64,000 nt of DNA from a virus. Taxonomy: Duplodnaviria; Heunggongvirae; Uroviricota; Caudoviricetes. The stretch lies in IMG/VR virus record IMGVR_UViG_3300026097_000001; one strand, written 5' to 3'. Position numbers and translations under genes: made by a program. Under the pieces are notes generated by a model. It worked only from the letters and a program-made list of their open reading frames with translations. It made no database searches and was not told the origin of the DNA. This document shows positions 20,401 to 29,995 of this stretch, in pieces (position 1 is the stretch's first letter; every line of letters starts with the position of its first letter).

Positions 20401-20571
20401 CAAGAGGACGGTGGTAGAGTAAGGTGGTCTGGTGCCGATGAAAATAACAATCAATATTTTGCAAAGGGTCTCAGGATTAACGGTAAAACCGGTAGGATTG
20501 AAGGTAGACCATTCACATCTTCAGTAAGAAAGTTAGCTCGTAGAGCCGCAAACAGTAGGACATCAATATGA
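17449..20571 (+). CDS. Large virion structural/tailspike-like protein, cassette A gene 1
   Basis: VYVS.DGND.N.G...AP.ATLERA and PGTY are typical of beta-helix spike N-termini. It has KCxRDTGY repeats and is paralogous to 38085-39707. Confidence 0.6.
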   Translation: MTKITDLDPISGDKTKGRDLFVMVNLDQGEDGTKSITREELLKALQQEAFDDINVQGGVVDNTPINDPNISVNTPMTDDIEGDDYFYLKDVSSGTTVAFSYSQLYREIGRSAETAKKVYVSVDGNDDNVGSDIAPVATLERAVTIAQEKAKIVTPGVLERQTVHISVMPGTYYTNGELALPDFCSMTSMSGQYTTTIVMNEGYETKNCILLGSGCYVQGFSFFNLKVDNFDNPTGGFAFAFRPGATITRSPYVRDSSQISNYFERQIPPLLNPLNSRNTIDDLGFELTVSSVTGTFEVGDAIETSDDVNGFVSRVDEIGSGTIYVRNNTGDFAAATTITSSSGGSATITTVGEEDFPNKEVGRGGGMILADRAVVDTDSIFPYILCFGATPRTQNGIGYVAKNGAGINGISSLSIFARCSFYALDGGQITLNNSGTQFGDISMRAKGVTSIFNPSETSATLVANSTLADTIIDGANTVIDDLWDHLTNTLGYEGYDSIKCKRDTGYILDGVGNDLVLGTNYWAVTNGNSYRRATSTVVIDDQLTETSGAISFLKSSVKDLLQNSANETRTDASFDEIIDILENGLGNADALTFTNTGVENHARAKDLLVANKSLIQTDLIAWINTNYPDLTYDQSKCTRDTGYIIDALSHDLNYDTNIATILNAEAYFVGTSIDTLPADQIIPTAAAYEQLGTICSSIMLGTYTGQDDASGIASQVEADRCVELTSVIENTIKYQSLKYLPGPIDPDLSWVDANYVNGKEVINANKADLQRKTVGFVNAEYDFIDETLTRRDSLNFLRSITNDFRRGTQTGTRIFTAGLFNYKGQHVFSVFNPTTVGLRYLGSVAQVGDLPAGSTVEINDAYIVYSSASNLYDGTVYYWDGSAWTSDGANDVSLLTAFTSSWDRIRTKIKSEFTLTSGEEDMLDGLIDDVLIASVRSPTVINFGSLVESLSHQFNLASAGVNVNALPVNFRRLGQPVSAAASVLQEDGGRVRWSGADENNNQYFAKGLRINGKTGRIEGRPFTSSVRKLARRAANSRTSI

Positions 20572-20987
20572 CAATCATTACAACAAGCCAAGCACCAGAC
20601 GCCAAGCCGGTTGGTCTTAGTGTTACACTCACAGAGGATTGGGAATCAATCATTGAGGTTCCAAGTTACTCAGTCCCAGAACTCGTTTTCGGCGGTACAA
20701 ACGTAACCGTTCCAGGTGTTGCCGAAGTAATTACTCCTTTACTCATCGCAAACCGAGATATAGAAACTGTTTACGTAAGTGTAAGGATACACCGAGATAG
20801 TTCGAATACAACGTTCTGGTTAGCAAATGAAGTTGCAGTACCAGCGTTCGATGTTCTCCCATATCCTATGAACGGGCAATTCATATACACTGGAGATAGG
20901 CTAGAGGTAAAAGCTACTTCAAATAGCACGGTAGATGCTACTATATCATATACGCTGGGCCAAGCGGAGGAAGATGATGTCGCTTAG
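20568..20987 (+). CDS. Small structural protein, cassette A gene 2
   Basis: 139 aa, beta-rich, paralogous to 39711-40175; its start overlaps the upstream stop (ATGA). Confidence 0.55.
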   Translation: MTIITTSQAPDAKPVGLSVTLTEDWESIIEVPSYSVPELVFGGTNVTVPGVAEVITPLLIANRDIETVYVSVRIHRDSSNTTFWLANEVAVPAFDVLPYPMNGQFIYTGDRLEVKATSNSTVDATISYTLGQAEEDDVA

Positions 20988-23322
20988 AACACTCCGTAGC
21001 ACTCCAACTTCACCGAATAAGCTACTCTTTGCAGAGCTACCAATCACTCTTGATCCTGGTGCTCACAAGTACGCATTGGTGTATGGATCTGACGGAAACC
21101 TATATTCATCCGATGGATTGAATTGGGAGCTCGCTGGAACGGGCGGCAATCAAGGTATTCAAGGTATTCAGGGTATTCAAGGTTTCCAAGGTATTCAGGG
21201 TGATCTAGGACCTGCTCTTAAGATTATCGGATCTGAATCTGATGTTAACTTTACTGGCGATCCTGATGCGCTGCTCAATGCAAACTTTCCAAGTGCGGCG
21301 ATTGGTGATACTGTTATTGACGAAGCCGAAAACGAACTTTGGGCATACACTGGTTCGAGTAACTGGGTAAACGTAGGTAGCTTCCGAGGCACTCAAGGTA
21401 CTCAAGGTATACAAGGTCTTACCGGCGAACAAGGCATCCAAGGTACATCTATCCAGGGTAGACAGGGTCGCCAGGGTATACAAGGTACTGCTATACAGGG
21501 TCGCCAAGGTATACAAGGTATCCAAGGCGTACAGGGCACTCAGGGTGTCCAGGGTATAGATGGAACCTTAGGGGCACAGGGTATCCAAGGTATACAAGGT
21601 ATAACTGGCGCACAAGGTATTCAGGGTGTCCAGGGTATCCAAGGTGTTCAAGGTACTTCTATCCAAGGTATCCAAGGTATTATTGGTGAACAAGGTATTC
21701 AGGGTATCGATGGTAACATCGGTGCGCAAGGTGTTCAAGGTATTACTGGCGAACAGGGTGTTCAAGGTCTACGTGGACAAGAAGGTGCACGTGATATATC
21801 CGTCGTTAACTCTGGCAGTATTGCATATCTTATTGACTTTTCTGTAAGCAACGCAGATATCAAACTTATTCGTGGATTGACATATAGATTTAACGTAGAT
21901 GCATCGGGCCATCCGTTCTATATCAAGTCAAGCCCAACGACAGGAACTGGCGACCAATACAATATTGGCGTTGATGGCAACGGAACTGAAGTTGGTGAGG
22001 TTACCTTTGCCGTTCCTTATAACGCACCTAACACGTTGTATTACCAATGTTCTATCCACTCTGCGATGGGTGGCGAGTTACAGATTAGCGATCTTGGTCC
22101 CCAAGGTATCCAAGGTATTCAGGGTATTGCGCAGCAGGGTGTTCAAGGTATTTCTGGAGAACAAGGTGTACAAGGTAGCCAAGGCGTTCAGGGTATCACC
22201 GGTGCTGGCGAGCAGGGTGTTCAAGGTATTACCGGTGAACAAGGCGTTCAGGGTATCCAAGGTAACGATGGCGTCGGCTCTCAAGGTACAACCGGTTCTC
22301 AAGGTATTCAGGGTATTCAGGGTAGGCTCGGTATCCAAGGTAGCGATGGTATACAAGGTACTCAGGGTGAAGATGGCGAGGCCGGTGCTCAAGGTATCGT
22401 AGGTAACACTGGCTCACAAGGTATTCAGGGTATACAGGGTATATCAATACAAGGTGCAACTGGTTCGCAGGGCGAGCAAGGTATCCAAGGTTCACAGGGT
22501 ATTGCTGGATTTGGGCAAGTTGGTGCTCAGGGTGCTCAAGGTATCCAGGGTATTCAAGGTACCGGTGGAGATGGCAATCAAGGTATCCAAGGTATTCAAG
22601 GTACCGGTGGAGATGGCAATCAAGGTATCCAAGGTATCCAAGGTATTACTGGCGCCGATGGTTCGGACGGTGGATCTGGCTCTCAAGGTATTCAAGGCAT
22701 CCAAGGCATCCAAGGTATTACTGGCGCCGATGGTGCCCAGGGTGCTCAAGGTATCCAGGGTATTCAAGGTATTACAGGTGAACAAGGCGTTCAGGGTATT
22801 ACTGGCGCTGGTACTCAAGGTACTACTGGTTCACAAGGTATTACAGGCGAGCAAGGTATACAAGGTATCCAAGGGCCGGAGTCGGCAAGTGCTTCTGCGA
22901 CAGAACTCCAGGCTACGAATGATACTTCTACCGACGCATCGTTCTTCCCTGTATTCGTTGAAAACGTAGGAAGTGTTCAGACCGTAACAGCCACGAGTAC
23001 TAAACTGTACTTCAATCCTTCGACTGGTACTCTTTCTGCAACGAACTTCAACTCGTTATCGGACGTAAGTGCAAAGAAAGACTTTACTCCGATCGATAAT
23101 ATGAATGATATCTTAAATCAGATTGACATATATAAGTTCAAATGGAAAGACAACGGAAAGAACAGTTACGGTGTGATCGCTCAAGAACTTGAGAACGTTC
23201 TACCAGAACTCGTTACGAATATGGATAACAAGAAGTACGTTAACTATATACCGTTGGTTGCATTCCTTATCGAGGGTTACAAACAGTTGGCCGAACGCGT
23301 TTCAAAAATCGAGGAATCTTAA
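20977..23322 (+). CDS. Collagen-like tail fibre with an internal cupredoxin-like domain and a C-terminal S74 intramolecular chaperone, cassette A gene 3
   Basis: Long G-I-Q/G-I-T/G-E-Q triplets; GHPF...YYQCSIHSAMGG insert; C-terminal NSLSD..AKK...YGVIAQELE...VNY. GGAGG precedes the ATG at 20974/20977. Confidence 0.85.
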   Translation: MSLRTLRSTPTSPNKLLFAELPITLDPGAHKYALVYGSDGNLYSSDGLNWELAGTGGNQGIQGIQGIQGFQGIQGDLGPALKIIGSESDVNFTGDPDALLNANFPSAAIGDTVIDEAENELWAYTGSSNWVNVGSFRGTQGTQGIQGLTGEQGIQGTSIQGRQGRQGIQGTAIQGRQGIQGIQGVQGTQGVQGIDGTLGAQGIQGIQGITGAQGIQGVQGIQGVQGTSIQGIQGIIGEQGIQGIDGNIGAQGVQGITGEQGVQGLRGQEGARDISVVNSGSIAYLIDFSVSNADIKLIRGLTYRFNVDASGHPFYIKSSPTTGTGDQYNIGVDGNGTEVGEVTFAVPYNAPNTLYYQCSIHSAMGGELQISDLGPQGIQGIQGIAQQGVQGISGEQGVQGSQGVQGITGAGEQGVQGITGEQGVQGIQGNDGVGSQGTTGSQGIQGIQGRLGIQGSDGIQGTQGEDGEAGAQGIVGNTGSQGIQGIQGISIQGATGSQGEQGIQGSQGIAGFGQVGAQGAQGIQGIQGTGGDGNQGIQGIQGTGGDGNQGIQGIQGITGADGSDGGSGSQGIQGIQGIQGITGADGAQGAQGIQGIQGITGEQGVQGITGAGTQGTTGSQGITGEQGIQGIQGPESASASATELQATNDTSTDASFFPVFVENVGSVQTVTATSTKLYFNPSTGTLSATNFNSLSDVSAKKDFTPIDNMNDILNQIDIYKFKWKDNGKNSYGVIAQELENVLPELVTNMDNKKYVNYIPLVAFLIEGYKQLAERVSKIEES

Positions 23323-23325
23323 CTC

Positions 23326-24429
23326 ATGGCATTAAAATCAAACGGATCAACCTTCCTAGATGATAATCGAAACTATAGCGCAACAGCAAACACTGCGCTG
23401 GCAAATGATGCATATATCCTAATCGCAAACAACGATAGTGTTTCTTCTGATGGTTATTCGATATCCGATACAAAAGCGATTGCTGACGACGGTTTTGCGT
23501 TTAATCAGTTTAATGCGGAAGAGCAGGTGCTTAGTTTTAAAGATGCCCCAACGCCAAACGCATACGGATCAATAAGTGGATATGTTTCCGGTGGATCTAG
23601 TCCTTCACCTACAGACACACCAATTCAGGCTACGATAGAAAAGTTTTCTTTTGCATCGGATGGTAATGGGACTCTTGTTGGTGATTTAACACAAGCAAGA
23701 ACTAGTATACCTGCCGGACAATCGAGTGCCGAATCGGGCTATACTTCTGGTGGGTCCGCGCCACCTCAAACAACAACGATCGATAAGTTTCCTTTTGCTG
23801 CTGATGCTAACGCAACAGACGTCGGAGATTTGACACAAGCACGATCGGGCGTATCAGGACACTCGAGCGATGCGTCAGGCTACACATCTAACGGCACTTT
23901 GCCAGGGTTTGTAAATACAATTGACAAGTTTCCTTTTGCTACAGATGCAAATGCAACTGATGTTGGCGATACAACAGACGCCCGTGGATATTCTTCAGGT
24001 ACTTCGAGCTCAGAGAGCGGTTATTCTTCAGGTGGTTTCTCACCAAATGAAGTTAATAAAATTGATAAATTTCCTTTTGCATCTGATACAAATGGAACAG
24101 ACGTTGGTGATTTAACTGTAGCAAGATATTATGCTGGCGGAAACTCAAGCGATACTTTTGGTTATGCGTCCGGAGGAATAGGTCCTAGCAACAGGTCAGA
24201 AATCGACAAGTTTCCTTTTGCTGCTGATGCAAACGCGACTGACGTTGGCGATTTGGTAACCGCAACTAACTCATTAGCAGGTTCAAACAGTACCACATCG
24301 GGTTATTTGGCCGGAGAAAACCCCGGGACGATACAAAAGTTCCCCTTTGCGACTGATTCTAACTCAACAACCGTAGGTGATTTGACCGCGTCCGTAGGTA
24401 GGATTGGGCCAGCAGGCCAACAGGTATAA
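23326..24429 (+). CDS. Six-repeat putative beta-propeller protein, paralog 1
   Basis: Six repeats of GYxSGG...IDKFPFA.DxNxTDVGDL...GQS, ending GQQV. Confidence 0.75.
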   Translation: MALKSNGSTFLDDNRNYSATANTALANDAYILIANNDSVSSDGYSISDTKAIADDGFAFNQFNAEEQVLSFKDAPTPNAYGSISGYVSGGSSPSPTDTPIQATIEKFSFASDGNGTLVGDLTQARTSIPAGQSSAESGYTSGGSAPPQTTTIDKFPFAADANATDVGDLTQARSGVSGHSSDASGYTSNGTLPGFVNTIDKFPFATDANATDVGDTTDARGYSSGTSSSESGYSSGGFSPNEVNKIDKFPFASDTNGTDVGDLTVARYYAGGNSSDTFGYASGGIGPSNRSEIDKFPFAADANATDVGDLVTATNSLAGSNSTTSGYLAGENPGTIQKFPFATDSNSTTVGDLTASVGRIGPAGQQV

Positions 24430-24432
24430 TGA

Positions 24433-25509
24433 ATGGCTTTACAGTCGAATGGAATAATCTTTCTCGATGATAATAAAAACTTTTCAGCGCAAGGAAATAC
24501 AGTTCTTGCGAACGATGCTTCTATACTTATTGCAAACAACGACTCGGTATCTGGCGATGGTTATGCCATCATAGACGAGAAATCGATCGCAGACGACGGT
24601 TTTGACTTTAATCAGTTTAATTCAGAAGAGTTTTCGATAAGTTTTTTAGAAGGTTATAAGTTTCAAGGTACAGTGAGTGGATACACCTCTGGAGGGAGTC
24701 CTGGAGAGGTTACGATTGATAAGTTCCCATTTGCTTCAGACGGTAACGCGACTGGCGTCGGCGACTTAACAAGGGCTACTTATGGACTTGCCGGATCGTC
24801 GAGTGAAGAGTCAGGTTATACATCAGCCGGGCAATCGCCATCGGTATTTGATATAATTGACAAGTTTCCATTTTCAACTGATGCAAACGCAACGGACGTA
24901 GGCGATCTTACAATAGGAAGGTTTAGTCCGGCGGGTCAATCGAGTGAAGAGTCAGGTTACGTTTCAGGAGGGGATGTACCTGGATATTCTAACGTGATCG
25001 ACAAGTTTCCATTTTCAACTGATGCAAACGCGACAGACGTAGGTGACCTATCTCAAGCAAGGCCAGCAAGCGGAGGTCAATCCAGTGATGTTTCTGGGTA
25101 TACCTCAGGTGGAGGTAATGTATTGGCAACAATTGACAAGTTTCCATTTGCATCAGACGCTAACGCAACCGACGTAGGTGATTTAACAGTCGCAAGATCA
25201 AATACTCCGGCTGGCCAATCGAGTGAAGAGTCGGGTTATGCATCGGGCGGTTTTGGTCCGAGTTTTTCAAACGTTATTGATAAGTTCCCATTTGCTTCAG
25301 ACGGTAACGCAACGGACGTTGGCAATCTAACTCAAGCAAGATATTATGCCGCTGGGCAATCGAGTGATACGTCCGGCTATACATCAGGTGGTACGACGCC
25401 GCCTCATGCCAATACGATCGATAAGTTTCCATTTGCTTCGGATGGGTTTGCCGCCGATGTTGGTAATCTAGCACAGGCAAGATCAGCTGCCGCCGGGCAA
25501 CAAGTATAA
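24433..25509 (+). CDS. Six-repeat putative beta-propeller protein, paralog 2
   Basis: Same six-repeat architecture; its ~75-aa N-terminus is similar to paralog 1. Confidence 0.75.
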   Translation: MALQSNGIIFLDDNKNFSAQGNTVLANDASILIANNDSVSGDGYAIIDEKSIADDGFDFNQFNSEEFSISFLEGYKFQGTVSGYTSGGSPGEVTIDKFPFASDGNATGVGDLTRATYGLAGSSSEESGYTSAGQSPSVFDIIDKFPFSTDANATDVGDLTIGRFSPAGQSSEESGYVSGGDVPGYSNVIDKFPFSTDANATDVGDLSQARPASGGQSSDVSGYTSGGGNVLATIDKFPFASDANATDVGDLTVARSNTPAGQSSEESGYASGGFGPSFSNVIDKFPFASDGNATDVGNLTQARYYAAGQSSDTSGYTSGGTTPPHANTIDKFPFASDGFAADVGNLAQARSAAAGQQV

Positions 25510-25512
25510 ATA
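25505..25512 (+). promoter_or_regulatory. T4-type late promoter overlapping the stop codon of paralog 2
   Basis: GTA TAA ATA creates an exact TATAAATA. Confidence 0.65.
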
Positions 25513-25539
25513 GTCTAAAGATTTATAAGGATTTTATGA

Positions 25540-26517
25540 ATGCCTATTTCAATTAACAAAAGCTCGATTAACTTTGGTACCTATAGTATCTCGTTGCATC
25601 CTGATGGAATCGAGATCGACGGTAAGTTCAAGTACGGGTCGTATGGGACTCCACCCCCGCCACCTCCCACTGCATATGGTACAGTAAGTGGGTATACTTC
25701 AGGCGGTCGGTCATCGGGTGGTTATTCAAATGTAATCGACAAGTTTCCTTTTGCGAGCGACGCAAACGCAACTGATGTTGGCAACCTAGCTACATTATTC
25801 TCAGCAAGAGCCGGGCAGTCTAGTTCATCTTCTGGTTATGTGTCTGGGGGGTATAGCCCAAACACAACTACTATTGAAAAATTTCCTTTCGCAACTGATG
25901 GTAATGCAACAGACGTCGGTGATCTTACTCAAGGAAGGAACAGCCCGGCCGGTAATGAAAGTTCAGAGTCTGGTTACACTTCAGGCGGATACAGCGGTGG
26001 CGTTCAAAACACGATAGATAAATTTCCATTTGCAACCGATGCGAATGCAACTGATGTTGGTGATTTGACTCAAGCAAGGAACAGCGTGACTGGTCAATCA
26101 AGTTCGGTGAGTGGATATAATTCAGGCGGAGGCTCTCCTCCGAATACTACTACGATAGACAAGTTCCCATTCGCAACAGACGCAGATGCAACTGACGTTG
26201 GGGATCTAACGCAGGCAAGAAGAAATACAGCCGGGCAGAACAGCGATGATAATGGATACACTTCAGGAGGAGAATCTCCTATTGTTAATATCATCGATAA
26301 GTTTCCTTTTGCATCCGATGCAAATGCGACTGACGTCGGTGACTTAACACAAACGACCCGTGAAGCTGCAGGTCAATCGAGTACAGTGAGCGGATATACT
26401 TCTGGCGATGACATGACAAATGTAATCGACAAGTTTCCTTTTGCATCCGATGCAAATGCGACTGACGTCGGTGACTTAACACAAGCAAGAAAAAATGTCG
26501 CTGGACAACAAGTATAA
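25540..26517 (+). CDS. Six-repeat putative beta-propeller protein, paralog 3
   Basis: Six repeats, a PPPPPP linker after the N-terminal segment, ending GQQV. Confidence 0.75.
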   Translation: MPISINKSSINFGTYSISLHPDGIEIDGKFKYGSYGTPPPPPPTAYGTVSGYTSGGRSSGGYSNVIDKFPFASDANATDVGNLATLFSARAGQSSSSSGYVSGGYSPNTTTIEKFPFATDGNATDVGDLTQGRNSPAGNESSESGYTSGGYSGGVQNTIDKFPFATDANATDVGDLTQARNSVTGQSSSVSGYNSGGGSPPNTTTIDKFPFATDADATDVGDLTQARRNTAGQNSDDNGYTSGGESPIVNIIDKFPFASDANATDVGDLTQTTREAAGQSSTVSGYTSGDDMTNVIDKFPFASDANATDVGDLTQARKNVAGQQV

Positions 26518-26554
26518 ATAACAATACATTATTACTATATTATGAGGGAATGAA

Positions 26555-27115
26555 ATGAGTGAACACCAGTTTAATGTATTTAATACACCTATTTGGGGTC
26601 ACGTGTTAAGTCATGAAAAGTACCAGACCGAGGACTACCTTGAACGAGTCCTCGAGATCTACGACAGCGAACCATCCGCAGAAAAGAGTAACGCGGGTGG
26701 TGGTTGGCAGTCGAGAGACGATCTTCACAAAGAACCTATCTTTAAAGAGTTTATAAACAATACTCTCTTAAAATCAATCTCACAACCAATCCTGAAAGAA
26801 TACGGAATTGAAGATTTTGGTATTCAGAGTATGTGGGCAAATGTCAATCAAAAACATTCTTTTAATTACCAGCATACTCACGAGGGTTATCTCTCGGGTG
26901 TATATTATCTAAAGGTTCCGAAGAACAGCGGTAGATTAGTATTTACAAATCCAGCCGTTCGCAGTGAGTCCCATCCTATTCGTCAAAAGAACTATCCGGT
27001 AGTTCCACAAGAACTCGCATGTATTGTTTTTCCAAGTTGGCTCGAACACTACGTGGAACCGAATATGTCAGACGAAGCAAGAGTAAGTATTAGCTTTAAC
27101 GTAGGTAGATTATGA
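26555..27115 (+). CDS. Putative 2OG-Fe(II) oxygenase (TIGR02466-like)
   Basis: SMWAN.N.....NYQHTH...LSGVYY...GRLVF...IVFPSWLEHYV..N....RVSISFN. Confidence 0.8.
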   Translation: MSEHQFNVFNTPIWGHVLSHEKYQTEDYLERVLEIYDSEPSAEKSNAGGGWQSRDDLHKEPIFKEFINNTLLKSISQPILKEYGIEDFGIQSMWANVNQKHSFNYQHTHEGYLSGVYYLKVPKNSGRLVFTNPAVRSESHPIRQKNYPVVPQELACIVFPSWLEHYVEPNMSDEARVSISFNVGRL

Positions 27116-27684
27116 AACACCAAAAGATACAGATAAACGGCCGTGATATCGATATATACGATGATCTCTTTTCCTTTGATGAAGTAGCAAGAATGTTCAT
27201 TAAGGTTCGTCAGTACGCGTATACTGCAACAAACTTTAGCGACGGATTTCGTTCTCACATATACGGAGAAAAGCATAAACTCAAGTACACATTTGGATCA
27301 CGTGAAGAAGCAACTGAGTTTGGAATTATAAATAGACTCAATAGCGTGGATCAAAACATCGCTAAGAATTATATCGTTCATCGTCAGTATGTAAATCTTG
27401 CAACAACGAGCGATTTCGACACGATTCATATCGATGATAACCATCTAGAAAAACCAAAGACTGTTCTATATTATCCACATCCGGATTGGAACATTCATTG
27501 GGGAGGACATACATTCTTCTTTAATGAGACGCTCGATAATATAGAATATGCTGCGGCATATAAACCAGGGCGGTTGGTTGTTTTCGATGGATTGATTCCA
27601 CACTGTGGTTCCCCGCCCTTTAGTGGCGCTCAAGATAAAAGATACGTTGTGACTTGCAAATTTCAATATACGAATGGAGAATGA
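27112..27684 (+). CDS. 2OG-Fe(II) oxygenase, prolyl-hydroxylase-like
   Basis: IHIDD (HxD), YY....W...WGG.T.F, GRLVVFDG..PH, R.V. Confidence 0.78.
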   Translation: MKHQKIQINGRDIDIYDDLFSFDEVARMFIKVRQYAYTATNFSDGFRSHIYGEKHKLKYTFGSREEATEFGIINRLNSVDQNIAKNYIVHRQYVNLATTSDFDTIHIDDNHLEKPKTVLYYPHPDWNIHWGGHTFFFNETLDNIEYAAAYKPGRLVVFDGLIPHCGSPPFSGAQDKRYVVTCKFQYTNGE

Positions 27685-27690
27685 TTGATT

Positions 27691-29043
27691 ATGACTAATA
27701 CCGCGAATTATTTTGACCAGAATGGTTATGTTGTATTACAAAATGTTTTAACAAAGGAACAGTGCGACTCTCTTGTCGAACATATGTTTCAACTACACGC
27801 CGATGGAAAACTCGTTCAGGACGATCAGTGTCCACTGTCGGATGCTGTATACGGCGATGAGAAGTTTGATACGCTCCTACAAAACATTGCTGAGCCGCTA
27901 GGTAAAGCCGTTGGTAAGAGACTACTTCCAACTTATTCCTATGCTCGCATCTACCGTCCTGGTGACGTACTCAAAAAGCATAAGGATAGACCAGCCTGCG
28001 AGATTAGTACTACTCTTACTCTCGGATACGACGCAAAGGTTAACTGGCCAATTCATTTTGCGAACGACGATGGTACGATCGAGTCCGCAGTAGCAATGGA
28101 ACCTGGTGAGATGGCTGCCTATAAGGGTACCGAGATGGTTCATTGGAGAAAACCATTTAAAGGTAACTGGCACTGTCAAGTATTCCTACATTATGTAGAT
28201 GCAGATGGTCCACATGCAGATCAGGCAATGGACGGTCGTACTTCTCTAGGAGTTGATAAGAACCAAGAGACTCTTCGTCAGACGAATGCAAAGGAAGAAC
28301 CGAAACCAGTTCAACAGAATGCGGTTCAGCAGGCGAAGGCTGAAGGTAAGACGATCGTGAACCAACCGGTAATTAAAAAGCCAACGGCTCCAAACAACGA
28401 AATGTTGATCCCGGATCCAGTCTTTGGTGGCGTTATGCTACCAGGTCGTGATAATACTCTTCCTGGATACTATCCGATTAATAAGGATACGTTTCCTAAC
28501 CTTATGTTTACGAATGATGAATGCGATCGTATTATTCAGATCGCGAAGGACTCATATTCCGCGTCTGCAAGCGTAGGTGGTGGCGGTAAGGGTAGCGTTG
28601 CTCGTCAGATCCGTTCAGCTGAGATCTATCCGGTTGAAAACGTTGAAGAGAACCGTTGGATCTTTAAAAAGATCGCTGATATTGTGTCAGTCGCAAATGC
28701 CGTTCATTTTGACTACGATGTAACTGGTATCGAGTATTCGCTGCAGCTTATTCACTACGCATCAGACGCTGAAGTACCAGGCCACTATGACTGGCACGTC
28801 GACGCGGGTAACGGTACTGTCGCGACTCGTAAGATATCCTTTACAGCTCAGCTCACAGATTCAAATGCATATACGGGTTGCGATCTAATAGTTGACGACC
28901 ACGGAAATAAAATTCAGGCAGTTCGAGATCGAGGTTCTATCTCAATGTTCCCGAGCTATATGCCACACGTAGTTACTCCAATTGAAACAGGAGATCGTTA
29001 TGCTCTTGTGATTTGGATCCATGGACCAAGGAGGTTTAGATAA
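27691..29043 (+). CDS. Tandem two-domain 2OG-Fe(II) oxygenase
   Basis: Domain 1 has LKKHKDRPACEIS...HWR; domain 2 has YDWHVD...RKIS...FPSY.PH.V.P...G.RYALV.W. ATG at 27691. Confidence 0.82.
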   Translation: MTNTANYFDQNGYVVLQNVLTKEQCDSLVEHMFQLHADGKLVQDDQCPLSDAVYGDEKFDTLLQNIAEPLGKAVGKRLLPTYSYARIYRPGDVLKKHKDRPACEISTTLTLGYDAKVNWPIHFANDDGTIESAVAMEPGEMAAYKGTEMVHWRKPFKGNWHCQVFLHYVDADGPHADQAMDGRTSLGVDKNQETLRQTNAKEEPKPVQQNAVQQAKAEGKTIVNQPVIKKPTAPNNEMLIPDPVFGGVMLPGRDNTLPGYYPINKDTFPNLMFTNDECDRIIQIAKDSYSASASVGGGGKGSVARQIRSAEIYPVENVEENRWIFKKIADIVSVANAVHFDYDVTGIEYSLQLIHYASDAEVPGHYDWHVDAGNGTVATRKISFTAQLTDSNAYTGCDLIVDDHGNKIQAVRDRGSISMFPSYMPHVVTPIETGDRYALVIWIHGPRRFR

Positions 29044-29044
29044 T

Positions 29045-29995
29045 ATGGAAGAAGAAAAAAAGACCACTCGCGAGCTAGCAGTCTTTGAGGAGATTCGTAA
29101 GAGTGATATCGTAACGGCAGAGGACGCCGAAAAAATGAAGGTACCGATGGCTATGGTCTTTGGCCATGGAACCACTGGTAACCTTCCTAGCTTCGGTAAC
29201 AAGACTCTCAACGAGAACTCTGAGTTAGTTGATGCTGCTCTTAAGAACGTTGGCGAGTTAGGAAACATCTGGAACCACAGCCATACACAATGGATGTGGA
29301 AGCATATTAACTTTAGCTATCATAGCCCACATAAGAATATGCGTCAGATCTCGGCTGAACTGTCAAAAAAGAAGTCGGCTCTTAACGAGGCTAAGTGGCG
29401 TCATATTAAGAAGGAAGCTAAGATCCGTAAGCTGCAGGAAGAACTTCAGGAAGCGGTGAACCTTGATTATTGGAGAGAGGTGGATCTCAAAATTAAACTC
29501 GCGGAACTTCAAGAAGGTGCTATCGAGGGTATGACCTATATCGAGGGTGCTATGAAGGACGTCCTTGCGCTTCAAGAGATCTACGAGGACCTCAAGGAAA
29601 AGGCAAGTGGTTTCTCTGAGCACGATATTGAAAAAGAAGAGTCGATTACTCACCTAAAAAGAAGTATCGTTCAGTGTATTCGAGACGTTCGCCAATCCGG
29701 TCGGATTACAAAAGGTGAACAGGAATATATGGAGCAGATCGGTGTTAACCCGAGCAAGATGCAACGTATTATTCAAGAGTACGTAAAGAAAGAAGTCGAG
29801 CAGGATTCTTGGGGTAGCGAAGGACTGTTTGAATTTGTTGATGGCCTTTCTCGTGAACTCATCGAGAAACATAAGGTAGACATTACTCGTATGGAACTTC
29901 TTGGATATGATCCAAATCCAAACGAAGCTATCTCTTTCTCAAATAAGGTTGCGTTGCTCGACAACTTTACAGCAGAAGAGAACGATGAAGAATAA
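29045..29995 (+). CDS. Hypothetical coiled-coil-rich protein
   Basis: ATG at 29045 follows the upstream stop; long helical charged segments; no recognised motif. Confidence 0.6.
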   Translation: MEEEKKTTRELAVFEEIRKSDIVTAEDAEKMKVPMAMVFGHGTTGNLPSFGNKTLNENSELVDAALKNVGELGNIWNHSHTQWMWKHINFSYHSPHKNMRQISAELSKKKSALNEAKWRHIKKEAKIRKLQEELQEAVNLDYWREVDLKIKLAELQEGAIEGMTYIEGAMKDVLALQEIYEDLKEKASGFSEHDIEKEESITHLKRSIVQCIRDVRQSGRITKGEQEYMEQIGVNPSKMQRIIQEYVKKEVEQDSWGSEGLFEFVDGLSRELIEKHKVDITRMELLGYDPNPNEAISFSNKVALLDNFTAEENDEE

